From positions 2,108,001-2,172,000 of the forward strand of contig JAMWBK010000005.1 of the NCBI GenBank assembly GCA_029953675.1: a DNA stretch of 64,000 nt, written 5' to 3'. This document shows positions 22,905 through 35,032 of this stretch, piece by piece. How positions within the stretch are numbered: position 1 is the stretch's first letter; each line of letters starts with the position of its first letter. Below the pieces are notes generated by a model. That model made no database searches, had not been told where the DNA came from, and worked only from the letters and a program-made list of their open reading frames with translations. Both the position numbers and the translations under genes were made by a program. This stretch comes from Rhodosorus marinus CCMP1338 (lineage: Eukaryota; Plantae; Rhodophyta).

Positions 22905-25649
22905 ATGGCGGCGGACATGTCTCAATTGAGAGTCGAGCTCAGCGACTTTCAGCTCCGGCCAATTGGGGGTTCGGTATTTAACGTGGGGGGCACCCCAGAG
23001 GACGTGGAGCCTCGAAGGAAAAGTTCCCGCAACGGGTTCCTGCTACGCGCCAATATTTCAAGGGAGAGCATGGGAATCATGGTTCTAGCTGGGTCGCAAA
23101 AGTTCATGGCCTACTCCAATGAACAGGGTCTCACTCAGCACAATTTTAACGAATTCGTGCCCACCTGGGTGGACTCAGTGGATAATGTAGATAGCTTGAA
23201 GGATAAGAAAGTGACCATTTACGTGCAGGTCAACAAGACAAAGCCAATTAATACCAGTAGCAAGAACTTGCACGTGTACAGTAGGATGTACAGAAATGCC
23301 CTTAAGATACTCAACAGGTACTGCGTGCCACTTGGGACGATTACTATTGACCTTCACACACTAGCGACTGGGCCAGAGCAGCATGATCTCAGAGTAGCCA
23401 TTGATGAACTGAACGGATCAGAGTTCCGCTTGTCGTTCAGGTCAAAGCTGACCGAGGCTAGGGAATCATCGTTCAGGTTTGCCGAGCTCTCGTTGCAGAT
23501 AGACTCCAATGTGCTTCCTGGAACTCCTAGCCGGACGTGTGTAGTGAGGTTCAATGTGGGAACGTGCCCTAGCGAACATGAGACGATCAACTTAGCTGAT
23601 ATACGACTCTTTCGTGCGCTCAGCTTCACGGAGACCAAGAAGTACGCTGTCAACTCAACACTAGAGAAGCTTGTGAATAGCTACTTGAAGCTTTACGTCT
23701 TGAGCGACGCTGGGGACCTGGTCGCAGTCTCCGACATCTATTTATTCGACTACGTATATGCTCTCTATGGCAAAGGAGCCAGCGTCACAACGGATCTGAA
23801 ACGAGCGATTTCAAGGGAAACCTGCGGTGTGCTTTCGCTGAAGCTGGCGGTATCGAACAGTCCAAAACTGGCTCAAATTCGAGGAGGCTCGCACCATGAC
23901 TCAGGCATTCACGGGGGAAGGCCTCTCATTTACGGTGTTGAAATGCCTGGGGCTTCACCCAGCAGTGTTTTTCGAGGTTCAGAGTCTTTCAGTACCCCTT
24001 CACCGTGGGTAGACGTTGTTGACTCGTTCGGGTACAAGTCATACTACAGTACAGAGACCGGAAAGTGGTCCTGGTTCTCTCCAAGCGATCCTTTGTTCGC
24101 TACGCAGAACAGTAGCTGCAGATATGCCGTTTTCGAGTCAAATAGAGATCGACCAGTGTGGATCCACCCGCAGGCTCGGAGGACAGATGTTCTTGACGCC
24201 AACATCTCAGGTCTACCTGGCGAAGTTCATCAAAGCAGGCTAGCTGGAGACGAGCAGTTCCAAAGAGACGCCTCAAGCACGTCGTCGAGGGGCATGCAAG
24301 CAGGTGCAACTGGTCAACCCAGCTCCAAAGCCGCCAACGGTGTACGGGAGTCATCGCGGAACATAGCAATCGACCCGACAAGCGTCCTAGCATCGACGAA
24401 CCCAAAGGCACTTGAGCAACAGCACTCACTCGCAGATTCTTCGTACGAGTTTCGGTGGTCCAAGTTGGACGGAGCGGAGAACGGCACCAGCATGAAAGCG
24501 GGTCCTGCTGTCGAGGGTGCCACTCTAGTACCAATGTTTGGCGGTCTTCTTCAAATGAAGTTTGGTGGTCGAGGACGTTTCATGAGGAGTGACGACGTGT
24601 GGGTTTTCGATAGCGAAGAGTTCATGTGGAAAGAGCTCAAGGTTGAAGGGCTAGCCCCTGTACCACGCACGGGTCACTGCGCATCGCCTTTGGCGGGGGG
24701 GACGAAAATGCTGGTTTTTGGCGGTTCGTCAAACCAGGGGCGGTTAAACGACCTCACCGTTTTGGATGCTGAAAACAACCGGTGGATTCCAGTTACCCCA
24801 TCAACACCAGCTGGCCCTTCCCCACGCGCTCGAATGGGAATGGACGTCCTGGACAATGGAAACCAGTGCCTCGTCTTTGGAGGAAGGGAAGGATACAGGT
24901 TTCTTGGAGACAGGTACTTCAACGACTTGTTCATGTTTGACGCCCACAAGATGGAGTGGCAGCTCATGAAGCCACGTGCTGGGCCGATTCCCGATCACCG
25001 AGCAGGGCACTCCGTGAAGGTAATCAACGGACGTCATCTCATGGTTTACGGTGGATTACAGGATTCAGTGAAGTACTACGGTGATACGTGGATATTTGAT
25101 CCTATCAGCGGGGTTTGGGTGCAGCCACCCTACGCCTCAGAGGCCGCGCCTGCGCCTAGGGAGGCCCATGCGATTTCCAAGTTCACGGATAATCAAGTTG
25201 TGGTGTATGGTGGGCAGGCTGATTCGGGCGCGTACCTCAACGACCTTCACTTGTTTGATTGCTCTTCGATGCAGTGGCGACCAACGCCAGTTCTGACGGG
25301 CGCTTCTCCTGGGGCGAGACTAGGGGCGGCGATGAGTCAAGTGAACGATAGGTGTATGATAATCTTTGGAGGAGACGTTGGTTTCATTTACCAACACGAT
25401 TCACATCTGCTTGAGCATGCAGGGTCAAATTGTCGAACACAAGCGAGCAGCGTCGTGCATCGATGGGTGAGCGGTGCGGAAGAGACGGACACCTGCGTTG
25501 TTTGCCTTGACAGGAAGATAAGATTGTGCTATCTTTGGTGTGGGCATTGCTGCTGTTGTAAAGAGTGCGGAGAGCGCCTCACGTACTGTCCTATATGTCG
25601 GAGGAGAGTGTCTCGTTACGAGGAAGTTGAGCGTGGGGCTCCGACCTAA
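22905..25649 (+). CDS. Intronless 914-aa protein: beta-rich N-terminal region, WW domain(s), about 6 Kelch repeats, C-terminal RING finger; putative E3 ligase
   Basis: WW motif PWVDVVDSFGYKSYYSTETGKWSWFSP. Kelch units PRTGH..LVFGG..LNDL, PRARMG..VFGG..FNDL, HRAGH..VYGG, PREAH..VYGG..LNDL, ARLGA..IFGG. RING CVVCLD..CGHCCCCKEC..CPICRR. Confidence 0.9.
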   Translation: MAADMSQLRVELSDFQLRPIGGSVFNVGGTPEDVEPRRKSSRNGFLLRANISRESMGIMVLAGSQKFMAYSNEQGLTQHNFNEFVPTWVDSVDNVDSLKDKKVTIYVQVNKTKPINTSSKNLHVYSRMYRNALKILNRYCVPLGTITIDLHTLATGPEQHDLRVAIDELNGSEFRLSFRSKLTEARESSFRFAELSLQIDSNVLPGTPSRTCVVRFNVGTCPSEHETINLADIRLFRALSFTETKKYAVNSTLEKLVNSYLKLYVLSDAGDLVAVSDIYLFDYVYALYGKGASVTTDLKRAISRETCGVLSLKLAVSNSPKLAQIRGGSHHDSGIHGGRPLIYGVEMPGASPSSVFRGSESFSTPSPWVDVVDSFGYKSYYSTETGKWSWFSPSDPLFATQNSSCRYAVFESNRDRPVWIHPQARRTDVLDANISGLPGEVHQSRLAGDEQFQRDASSTSSRGMQAGATGQPSSKAANGVRESSRNIAIDPTSVLASTNPKALEQQHSLADSSYEFRWSKLDGAENGTSMKAGPAVEGATLVPMFGGLLQMKFGGRGRFMRSDDVWVFDSEEFMWKELKVEGLAPVPRTGHCASPLAGGTKMLVFGGSSNQGRLNDLTVLDAENNRWIPVTPSTPAGPSPRARMGMDVLDNGNQCLVFGGREGYRFLGDRYFNDLFMFDAHKMEWQLMKPRAGPIPDHRAGHSVKVINGRHLMVYGGLQDSVKYYGDTWIFDPISGVWVQPPYASEAAPAPREAHAISKFTDNQVVVYGGQADSGAYLNDLHLFDCSSMQWRPTPVLTGASPGARLGAAMSQVNDRCMIIFGGDVGFIYQHDSHLLEHAGSNCRTQASSVVHRWVSGAEETDTCVVCLDRKIRLCYLWCGHCCCCKECGERLTYCPICRRRVSRYEEVERGAPT

Positions 25650-26146
25650 GTCAAGTCAACTCAGCTACAGTGTATGTATATTAAGTGCTTCGCTAGACTG
25701 CTGAGAATAGGCCCTGCAGTCCCTAGCCAGTTTTGATGGCCGAGAATAGTCGTGCAACGAAGAGAGCTTCAACGCACACAGTTTTGGTACCAATGTGTAA
25801 TATAGCGTGATGCAAAAACCTGTTCACAGCATATTTGTCCGAGTCTTTATCGTACCAGGTTAAGAGCCGGCTTGATGTACAAGTGCGAGCAATCGGGCAT
25901 GGGATTGCAGTGCCACCCTCACGGTCCCTGCTATGCAGTTGCAGGAGAACCCAGTCAACTATAATCCAATTTCAATTACAAAAATCTACCCATCTACGCC
26001 GACACCTTAGGCCTTCTATTGTTACTCAGCTACGGGCTCGCACCCGCTTGCAAATGGACCCCTCAGTCGGCTGGTACGTGCTGCTCTCCGGAATCACAGC
26101 CTTGAAAAATATTTGTCAACGTCCACCAGCACTATCAACACCTCGT

Positions 26147-27243
26147 TCACAGCGCTCTTACCTGCCCAGTCAGCAGTGAGGCTGAGACACAGAGGTGGAA
26201 CACAAGATGAAACTTGGCTACGAACATTTTCAGCGGCCGAATTTTCTCAGGTTCCGAGTGGTGGTTTATCACTAACGTCAGCATTGATCGTGCCAGAGGA
26301 ACAGCGACCAAAGTGCATAGAATAGAAGATAGCGGGAGCACGCCTAACAAACTGAACGTGAAAACCAGGAGGTAGCACATAACAGTGCTGGCCAACAACA
26401 CTTGCGAACCACGCGTTGTCCCGAGTCGTACAATCGGTGACATTTTGCCAGATTTAAAGTCCTGCTCGACCTGGTGAAAGTGGCTGCCAAACAGAATCAT
26501 TGATGTTGTGATACCCACCAGAATGCTGCAAACGATCAACGTGCTAGTAGCCTGTGAACGCGGGGCCTACTCAGAGTTGTTTGGACAGGAAGAGGATATT
26601 TAGCGTTTACGGCAATCAATGAGGGAGTTAGGGAAACGGCCATTAACGACAAACCTGAAAGTAGTAAAACACAGGTGTACCCACTGGTCCAAACGCAAAG
26701 AACGTGAGAATTTCGCCTACACCCTTGTAGCTTAGCCGGAACGGTGGGCCTTGGTAGAGGTAAGCGATGACTGCTGAGGCGATCAGCTGAGTGATGATTC
26801 GGCTATCGTCGAGTTTCGAGCTGAAGGACCAGAACATGTACATTGAAACGATCAAGCAAATCTTTGACGCTATCAGGCAACCCCAAAACGACCCTGTAAC
26901 TTTCACGTAGGATTCCTTCTTATCCTCGTCCACGCCAGTCATCGAATCGAAAACATCATTCGATATGTTGCACCACGTCAGCAACAGAATTGCAGCCACA
27001 GCCAGCTTCAGCGAGACTAAACAAGAACGATAAGGGAGAAATCAGACATTCCCAGGTCACCTTCCGAGCTAGCAACAATACCAATGAATAAAATGTACTA
27101 CAAACGAACTTACAGGTTACATCAACAGCATAGCCATCGAACTTCGCCGTGCTGCTTCCCACAAGAATCGGGACCAGCACACTGTTGTATATAGGCGGCT
27201 TCACGGCCGCAATCCATAACCTTCTATCTCCAGACACTCCCAT
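26147..27243 (-). CDS. menA: 1,4-dihydroxy-2-naphthoate phytyl/prenyltransferase (MenA/ABC4), multi-exon
   Basis: WIAAVKPPIY, NISNDVFDSMTGVDEDKKES, YQGPPFRLSYKGVGE, SMILFGSHFHQVEQDFKSGKMSPIVRLGT. The true start may lie in a small exon near 27353. Confidence 0.9.
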
Positions 27244-29340
27244 CCTTGATTCCAAAACACAAATACAAGACAATAAATCTATGCACCAAACCCCAGATAT
27301 CACCGACCAGACCTAACCCCGCACTCACATCCCCAGCTTATAGATCTCCCCATTTTCACCCTTAAAAGTCCAATAAAATCCCAAAAACAAGGAGCTCCTT
27401 CAATCCAAATATTCTCAAAACAAATTCCAATTTCTTATTAGATTCATTTCACGGAAATCTACTCTTTTACCCCCGAGCGCACTGCTGCCGAGAAAGGCCC
27501 CGAAAGGTACGCCATGGAATGGACAGCCTGTCCCTTTAGAAAATTTCGCTATTAAGGGCTTATATTGATTGGGATACTAAATTGATTGATATTAGTGATT
27601 GAATACTCCCTGAGGAAGATGGGGGGAATGGGGGGTATCTGAGAGAGGGCTTGGGTTTGATGTAAGCAGGGGTGACGGTCAATGCTTGTTTGTTTGTTTG
27701 GATTATTTCGACATGGCTGGGAATTGGTTGCGATACAGGAATATCGTGTGTATTTTCTGTGACGTGATTGCTCAGGGTCCACCACCCTAGGGACGGATAC
27801 GATGATCATCGTGAGCGCGCGCGTTGTTGAGAAAATTCGAGCGTGTGTGACCTTGTGAATAAGTGCCCACAACGTATTACAGTCAAGGAAAGGATCAATA
27901 GTCTTGCGCTGCTGTGTCTTAAGAGCGTTAAACAGTGGCCTGTGGTTTCATTCAAGGTGCAAGTGTACGACACGACAGAACGGAAAAAAGTGCTGCGAGC
28001 TCTTAAAGAAGATCAAGCTACAGAAAAAGATCGCTGAGTTGCGGTGTTGGACTTCTACCAAGATCATTGCGAGTCAGTCATTTAATGATTCGTGTCAACG
28101 AAGGTTGTAGATGATCTGAACTAGCCAGGGTTTTAAACGAAGCCAGGGTGGAAGAGTCGGATGTTTGGACAGAAACGTCGAGTTCGAAGTGGACTCAAGG
28201 AAGGTCATGTCTAGAAAATCACTGGCAATTCGCTTCACACCCAGCACCAAGACACACGGCAACGCCCGATCAGCTTCGTATATCATGCCTGAGAGCAGGT
28301 TACTGAGCCACCGCTTCCCGATGCTGAGCGCGGTGAATACTCCTATTTTCGACTCCAGAGGTCAAGACCACCGGGTGTACGGCTCAGACACCCAACAATG
28401 GATGCGGTCGAGGAGAAAGTACCGTCCCTTCTTTTGGGAAGTGGCAATGTTCCGGAAAGTCAAATTCCGAGTTCCAAGGTCCTGTGAGAGGCATCCGAAC
28501 CAGACTCTCTATTTTCGTTTGGAAACGATGCTGCAACGAGCTCGCCGGGACAGGAAGACGCGCAATTATCCATTTTCGGAGCTTGTAAATAGGCCAATAC
28601 AGCCAACACGTCTCTGATCGCGAGGTGGCGAGGTTTTTGTAAACGCACTCCTTAGCACCAATGGTGAATGTCCGAGGTGGTATATGCAGAGTCTGACGAT
28701 CCTGGAATAGCTTGTTGGCCAGTCGTTCGCGATGCACAGAATCTCAAAACTAAGACCGTGTAACAGGAATGACCAGCTCTGATTGCAAATAAGCCAAATG
28801 CACCAAGCACGTCCCTGGTCTGTTTGGCCCTGCAAACGTGCCCAAATTTCCAACGTAAAAAATGCTTTGCCTCAAGTCGATCAGTTTCGGCCCAAATAGA
28901 ACTCTGCATTCCAAAATTCATATTTCAAGATTAAGACAGACTGTCTTTACATTTCGTTCTTTTTAAAAAAAAGAATTAAAAGTTTGATGTCGACAACGTT
29001 TGCCACTTTTCTGAAGGTGAACCTGGCCCAGCCATTTTTAGTTCATAGAAAGTTCTTAAAAACACTAGTTTGCTCAGTCATAGAGCAAATGTCCGTTTTC
29101 GCTCGAATTATTAATTATTATGGATCGGAGAGGTTCTTTTTTATGAATTCCTTTTTGTTCTAAAGTTGGTTTGCTTATTCAGGTGGGACTTTGGTTATAG
29201 TGGTTCGTTTCTAGGAAAGGTCTATGAGGGTGGAGGGGGGTGGGAAGCGAGTGTAGTCGAAGACTAACCGTGATATCTGGTACTTAAGTCTATAGTTATT
29301 GTTGTAAATTTTTTTCAAGTTCGAGATCTTAGTTCTGTGA

Positions 29341-30369
29341 ATGAAGAGGAGATTCTCCAGGAAGAAACGCATGGAGGAGGGTCAGTCGAGGGCATGGAAG
29401 CCAGTGTCACGTGAGGATGGTGCTGAGTGTCTGAAGCAGCTGAGCGATAAGGATGCCCTGGAGTTCTATCCAGCTGTGTCTTGTTGGGAGACGCCGCTTC
29501 TGGTTGGGGCAGCGGATTTGGATGTAGAAAATTTTCTCGAGGCGATGGGTACCTTTCTGACGATCCTTGACGCGTTCGGGTTTGCGTTCAAGCTCTTCAG
29601 GAAGGACCTCAATAGGCACATCGTCAATATTCGCTCAGTCTGTGAAGAGCACAAAGTCAAGACAGTGGAGGAGATGATCTCAAAGGATGGCGCTGATGGC
29701 CTTGGCGCGATAAACATTATCTGGCTAAAACGCGTGCTGCAATTCTCTGACGTCATGCTCACAAGGTTGGAATGGCCGGCTGCCGCTTGCCCAGGGAACC
29801 ATTGAATTTTGTTTCGATATCAATGAATCTGAATCAATTCTCATCCTCGTTGTCAGGTACTTGCTTGGCGAGAGCCTGCCGCAATCCGCGCAGGAAGCTT
29901 ATATGAAGACCCTCTATCATGCGCATCCGCTCTTAGTTAGAGGCATTGGGGCAAGAATAAGGTAAGAACGCCCCCAGAAGACAAGTTTAGGTCGTCCGCG
30001 CGTAAAAATGAGATCACGACGTCCCAAACAATGCATAAGTTCGATCATGTATCGTTCGCGGCCGAGCGTGACGGTTTCTTGGAAGAACGCTCAAATGCAA
30101 GGCAAACCCTGTTTCTTGCTTCATTAAATTTCTTCTTCAAAAGGTACTTCGTCCCAGAAGGCAAGACGTTTTGTGAGAGGATCTATCCAGAAGACGAAAA
30201 GGTGGTTTACATCGGGATGCGCGAGATTCTGTTCAACATCAAGAAACCACTAGAAGCCTTGACGGTTATCACCAACGAGAATCAGATAGAGGAACACCCG
30301 GAGCTCGCCTTCATGCCCCAGCCCGTCCCGGATATGCTCGCAGGTTCTCTTCTTGTGACAGAGGCCTGA
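29341..30369 (+). CDS. Glycolipid transfer protein (GLTP/ACD11) family, 3 exons
   Basis: FLEAM..F..ILDAFGFAFKLFRKDL..HIVNI, IIWLKRVLQF, AQEAYMKTLYHAHPLLV and a final exon VPEGKTFCERI match the GLTP fold. Confidence 0.8.
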
Positions 30370-30490
30370 AAGAAACAGGGTAGATGGCGTTGTTGTGCTT
30401 TCCTGGACTGACCTCTAACTTAAATGCTAGTAAAAACTCTTACGACAGTTGCAGACTGCGAAGTGAGCGAGCACGCAATCCGCGACACAT

Positions 30491-31679
30491 TCACGCGGGC
30501 TGGATCTCATCCAAGTTGTTGCGTTCTGCGGGTTGCGATTCTCCAGTACTTGCTTGAGAGCCATTGGCTTTTGCGACATCGTTGTCGTAGCTAGGAAGCG
30601 ACAAGTTTTTCACTTGCTCCGCCATGGCTTTTTGGATCTCTTTGTGTTTGTCAGCGCCGTCCAATGTCCTGTTCGCTGTAAATGTATCGATGCTGCTCGG
30701 TTTCATGCTGAAAAAGTCGTCCTCAACTGTGCTTTCAGGATGCGGATGGGGATGCGGCGCTGGATCAGCCGGCGGAGCCTTCTTCAAGGAAACCGTCGCA
30801 GCTGACGACCCAGCGCCATCGGCTACCCTGCTTTCTTTGCTTTCCTGGAGAGAATTCTGAACCAGGTCGACCTTCCTCTGCAGTAGTTCGACGGACCTCC
30901 GCTGTGAAGCATTGTGAACATTCAGTTCCTTGATCTGCGAGGTAAACAGTTTCATAGTCTCTGTGATTCCACCCATGTCATCCTTGTTCTGGCTCTCCTT
31001 CAAAGCTTCCTGGAGCTGATTCATGCCCTCTCCCAATTGACGCACCTACACATTGTTTTGTTTCAGTTTGGGCGATTTGAACGAGGATGAGAACAAATAA
31101 AAGGAAGAAATGGACTAAGCAAAACAGAACAATACACTCTCCTTGTACGAGTGCCTTCTTGTCCAGGTGTTTCCTTACCTCCGATTGTAAATCCTTGAGA
31201 CGCTTCCCTTCTGCTTCCTCCGGAAAGTAAATCGGCACAACATGCTTCTTCAGGACTTCCCTAACGGCAAGTACAATGCCGCATAACGCTCCCGCCCACA
31301 ATACCGCCTCTTTCCATGTCTGTCGAGGCTGTAGAGTGCTTTGATTAGGAGGCTGCGTGTAGTAGACGACCTGCGGCTGGGCTGATCCAGTCTGAGGAGC
31401 GGCTACAACGGCGCCCGAGGTTTGAAGCGCCCCAGAGGCAGCGCCCGCGGCGGCGCTAGGTGCAGAGGTCTCAGGATTCTGCAACAAACTCTCAATCTCT
31501 GGAGTTACAGTTTTAGTAGCCCTCTTCAAGGCCTCACGGATCTCACCAGCAGTCAGCCCTTTCCTCTGCAGAAACCCTATGGCCTTCTCCAGGGGTGCTG
31601 CAGAAACTCGAGAATCTCCTAAAAACTGAACAGCCTGTGTTACTTTGTCCTCTCTTACAACTTCACCGTCGTCACTCAT
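30491..31679 (-). CDS. PEX14: Peroxisomal docking protein PEX14
   Basis: Pex14_N motif VREDKVTQAVQFLGDSRVSAAPLEKAIGFLQRKGLTAGEIREAL, a TM-like segment WKEAVLWAGALCGIVLAV and a coiled coil in exon 2. The 3' end is approximate. Confidence 0.9.
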
Positions 31680-32933
31680 CTCTCCGAAGATACGTCAACA
31701 TACATATACTACCAACTGCCCTACACGAAAGCCACCAACGCACCACCCACAAGGTATCAGCTCGTTGAGTCAGCACCCCTCTGCTTCTATTTCCCGGGAA
31801 AAGGTCGGAGTAATATTCCCTTGTTCCCTTGCTTAAAGACAATCCAGCTATCAACTGCCCTGCGCCTTGTCCGGAACAGAAAAAAACTCAACACGAAGAA
31901 AATATACGAATCCTCATCCAAACTGGTTTAGCGCTCACCTACTAACCCCCAAGCTGACCACTCTAGTCTTCCAGCAACTATTAGAAACCCAAAAATCTCA
32001 ACTTCGGCAAGAAAAGCAATCTATTAACCACCCAAGAAAATCGATTTGCAGATGTTGCCTATCTTCACGTCCCTCTTCGACCCTCTCTAAACCCTCTGAC
32101 TAAAGCCTCAATCACAACTGACCACTGAACGGTTCAAGGGCAAGGCTAATCACGAGAGTTTTCAGCCTCACTCTATCCAAAAACTGGCGCTATTGAATGT
32201 CTAAGACAAGAGCTTTGAACCCAGACCAGAACTCTTCAAAAGCTGCTAACCACACCAACCACTTTCCTGAGCTCCGGCCCGCAAAAATTTCCACCATATC
32301 CAACCTACAAGGAGTACAACAAAAAGCTTCAAAACGCCGCTGGGAGGGAGGAACACTGCGCCTTGCTTCTCGCGTGGATTTCTTCTTCAGGAATCTCTTC
32401 TGATAAGTAAGCTAGGTCTCTCATATCGTTATAAATCCAGCCTTTAGTATTTCAGAACGACTGCCAAACTCCTTCCTTAACAGTGAAGTCCCCCCAAAGA
32501 GGGTCGCTTCATTGAATCTCAAAAGTACTGGGAAAAAAATTGCACCCGTTCATTTCGACTGAATCCAGTCAATTATGGTCCTGACATTCATAAACTCTTA
32601 TATATATATATGTTTATAGTATATGATTATTAAAAACATTAGGGGTAGTCAGTCAATTTTATTCCGTAATTGTTGATGGATTAATCGCCGGTCGGACACT
32701 CGATGACAGACCACCGAGTGTCGCGCTACCCATATTGAACAATAGTGTCTACGGGACATATTAATCTGTAGTACCAACTGTGAACTCCGCCGGTATGGAA
32801 ACACTGAGAGTCGATAGTCTTAACAGCCTGAGAGAGATGCCAAGTGGAAAACTCAACACTTGGGACATTGCGTTCGGAGAAAACTCTGCTTAATGTTATC
32901 AACAAGTCTAGCAATGTCTATTCCATTGTGGAG

Positions 32934-33251
32934 ATGAAAGGAGTAGACGAGTTCAAAGGCCTGACTGAAGTCCTGGTAGAGTCAGCAAAACACCCTCCAC
33001 AAAAAAAAGAATTTCCAAAGACGAGGAGAGTACGAGGAAGCAGTGAACAACTCGAAGTCCAAAAGCCTACAGGAACTCCAAGCGCATCTAGCTCGAGGAG
33101 TTCACAAACCTCATATTACGCGGTCTCCTGGAGAAGACCCCTAGGGTCCGGCTACAGCATTTTATCTCGTAGACACGGCGAGAAAGTTGTCAGAAACAAC
33201 TTCAACCAAACTGACAGGAGGAGGAGCACCTTTCCAGTGTCTGCTCCGTGA
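32934..33251 (+). CDS. Possible small basic/Ser-rich protein, unknown
   Basis: Open frame of about 105 aa from ATG 32934, downstream of an AT-rich island. No family recognised. Confidence 0.2.
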   Translation: MKGVDEFKGLTEVLVESAKHPPQKKEFPKTRRVRGSSEQLEVQKPTGTPSASSSRSSQTSYYAVSWRRPLGSGYSILSRRHGEKVVRNNFNQTDRRRSTFPVSAP

Positions 33252-33731
33252 TATACATTCTATCAAGTCGGCAGCCGCCTGAAACGTCATCAGGCCTAGT
33301 CTGCCTTCCACTACGAGATCAACCAACTCCAAGCGGACAGGGTTCACGGTACACCACTCCTTCCTCATTTATTGTTCGTTCTACTCTGTAGATTACCTCC
33401 ACATTCATCATCATCTTAAAGGCCAAGCGAGAGCTAGGTGCTCTGCTCCTCCCATCAATCCTATCGATAAAGGTTTCCCAAATCCTAACACATTTTCAGC
33501 ATTTGCAAAAGCGAAAAGCTCAAAATGTGAAAGTTTTGAGATTTGTTTTTTTTGGTTCTGCTTAGCATCGATGGTGGATTGATTAGTGCCTCCGCTTTGG
33601 GGAGCTGTAGGGAGATCGATCTTGTGGCAATGGAGTTGGGAAGTGTGAATGGATAGAAAAGGCATTGAAGAGGAGTGTGAATGGATTGGAATCAATTTGT
33701 TCGGGTAGTTTTGGAAGGTAGACGAGTAAGT

Positions 33732-35032
33732 ATGGGGTTTATTGCTGGAGTAGTGGAGGGGAGGAGGAGGATTGGTGGAGTACAATGCTGTAGTGCGGAG
33801 GGTGATGGGCATGGAGGGATCGACAGGAGGAAGTTTTCAGCCGCGCTGGTTTCGGCGGCTGTGGTTGGATTTCCGTATTTGGCGAATGCGAACGTAGGAG
33901 GCAAGGATCGATGTGATGCGGCTTTTGATGTGAATTGTGGATCCGATGGGGTGAAACTCAAGTCGCTTGAAGTGTACCCTGCCCCGAATTTTCCGGATTA
34001 CAAGGTCACGGATCGCGTCTTTATGGGTAGCTTTGATGCGAAAAGCCAAGTTCTCATGTTTGCTAATTTTCTAACGCGAGGGTCTTCTTTCTTTTTTGTT
34101 CTACCTCCCACTGCATCGGTCAGAGTTCTCTGGGGCTGGTTCCGCGATCGGACGGGTTACGATTGGCCTATTTCGCGACGCGGCGCCATCTAGCGTGGAT
34201 GTGTTCGCAAGGATGGTGGAGGGCAGGCTTACCTCGGGCCTTTCGTATGCTTCCAGTCAAGTTTTCAAGGTACTATAGTTGTCAGGCTGCGATGTGCTTT
34301 CTCGACCGGTTTGCGCAGACTCTCGAGTACGCTAACCAGTCAAAGGTCCTCTCAAATTGTTTAAACTCCGATTTATCAGGTGGAGAAGGATAAGAGAATA
34401 GACCTAGGACGACTTGCGAAAGGCGCCGGAAAGACAGAAGTTCGATCGATTGACTACTCTGGATACGTTCGGCGCAAGTACGTTAGTACGGCGGATGGTG
34501 GTACTGAGAACTCAGATGTGAGTTGACCCCAAAGCTCGCTGAACATCCTGTGTTTCGCTACTGCGACCGCATCTGAAAATGTGAATCTTGATGCTTCTTG
34601 TTTGTTCAGGGAAACTCTTTGCGTCACAACGCCGCCGGGTTGATCAGCATGGTGAAGGGTGGAGGCTCGTTTGAATTCGTGATTACTCCGAGTCCGACGC
34701 CCGACCGCACTCTTGACGATGATCACGTCATTATAGGGCAGGTAAGGGCGTCCGCCAACTCCTTATTCTATGAACCAATGGGGTTGGTGTCGGAGTCCCC
34801 CATCAGTAACCGTCCACTGGATTTCTCCTCTCCTACCATCGGTCAGGTGCTTGATGGAATGGACGTTATTGCACGGCTAAACAACCTCGCAGTGAACAAG
34901 CCGACCTCTTACAAGAACACATTCATATCAATGGGAAAGGCCATCAACGATAAAAGAGCAACAGCAGCGGAGGATGACAACTTCAAACCTCTGCAGAAGA
35001 CCGTGATTAAGTACTGCGGGGTTCTCAACTAA
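33732..35032 (+). CDS. Thylakoid-lumen cyclophilin-type PPIase-like protein (CYP26-2/CYP28-like), multi-exon
   Basis: Bipartite targeting: MGFIAG transit peptide, twin-Arg RRKF, hydrophobic stretch and ANA cleavage site. Cyclophilin-like segments KVTDRVFM, GRVTIGLF..APSSVDVF, LRHNAAGLISMVK, LDDDHVIIGQVLDGMDVIARLN and KPLQKTVIKYCGVL. Confidence 0.8.

Noticed and set aside
27550-28920. Overlapping 60-150-aa ORFs on both strands
   Set aside because: No family motifs and no dominant frame. Cannot support a gene call.
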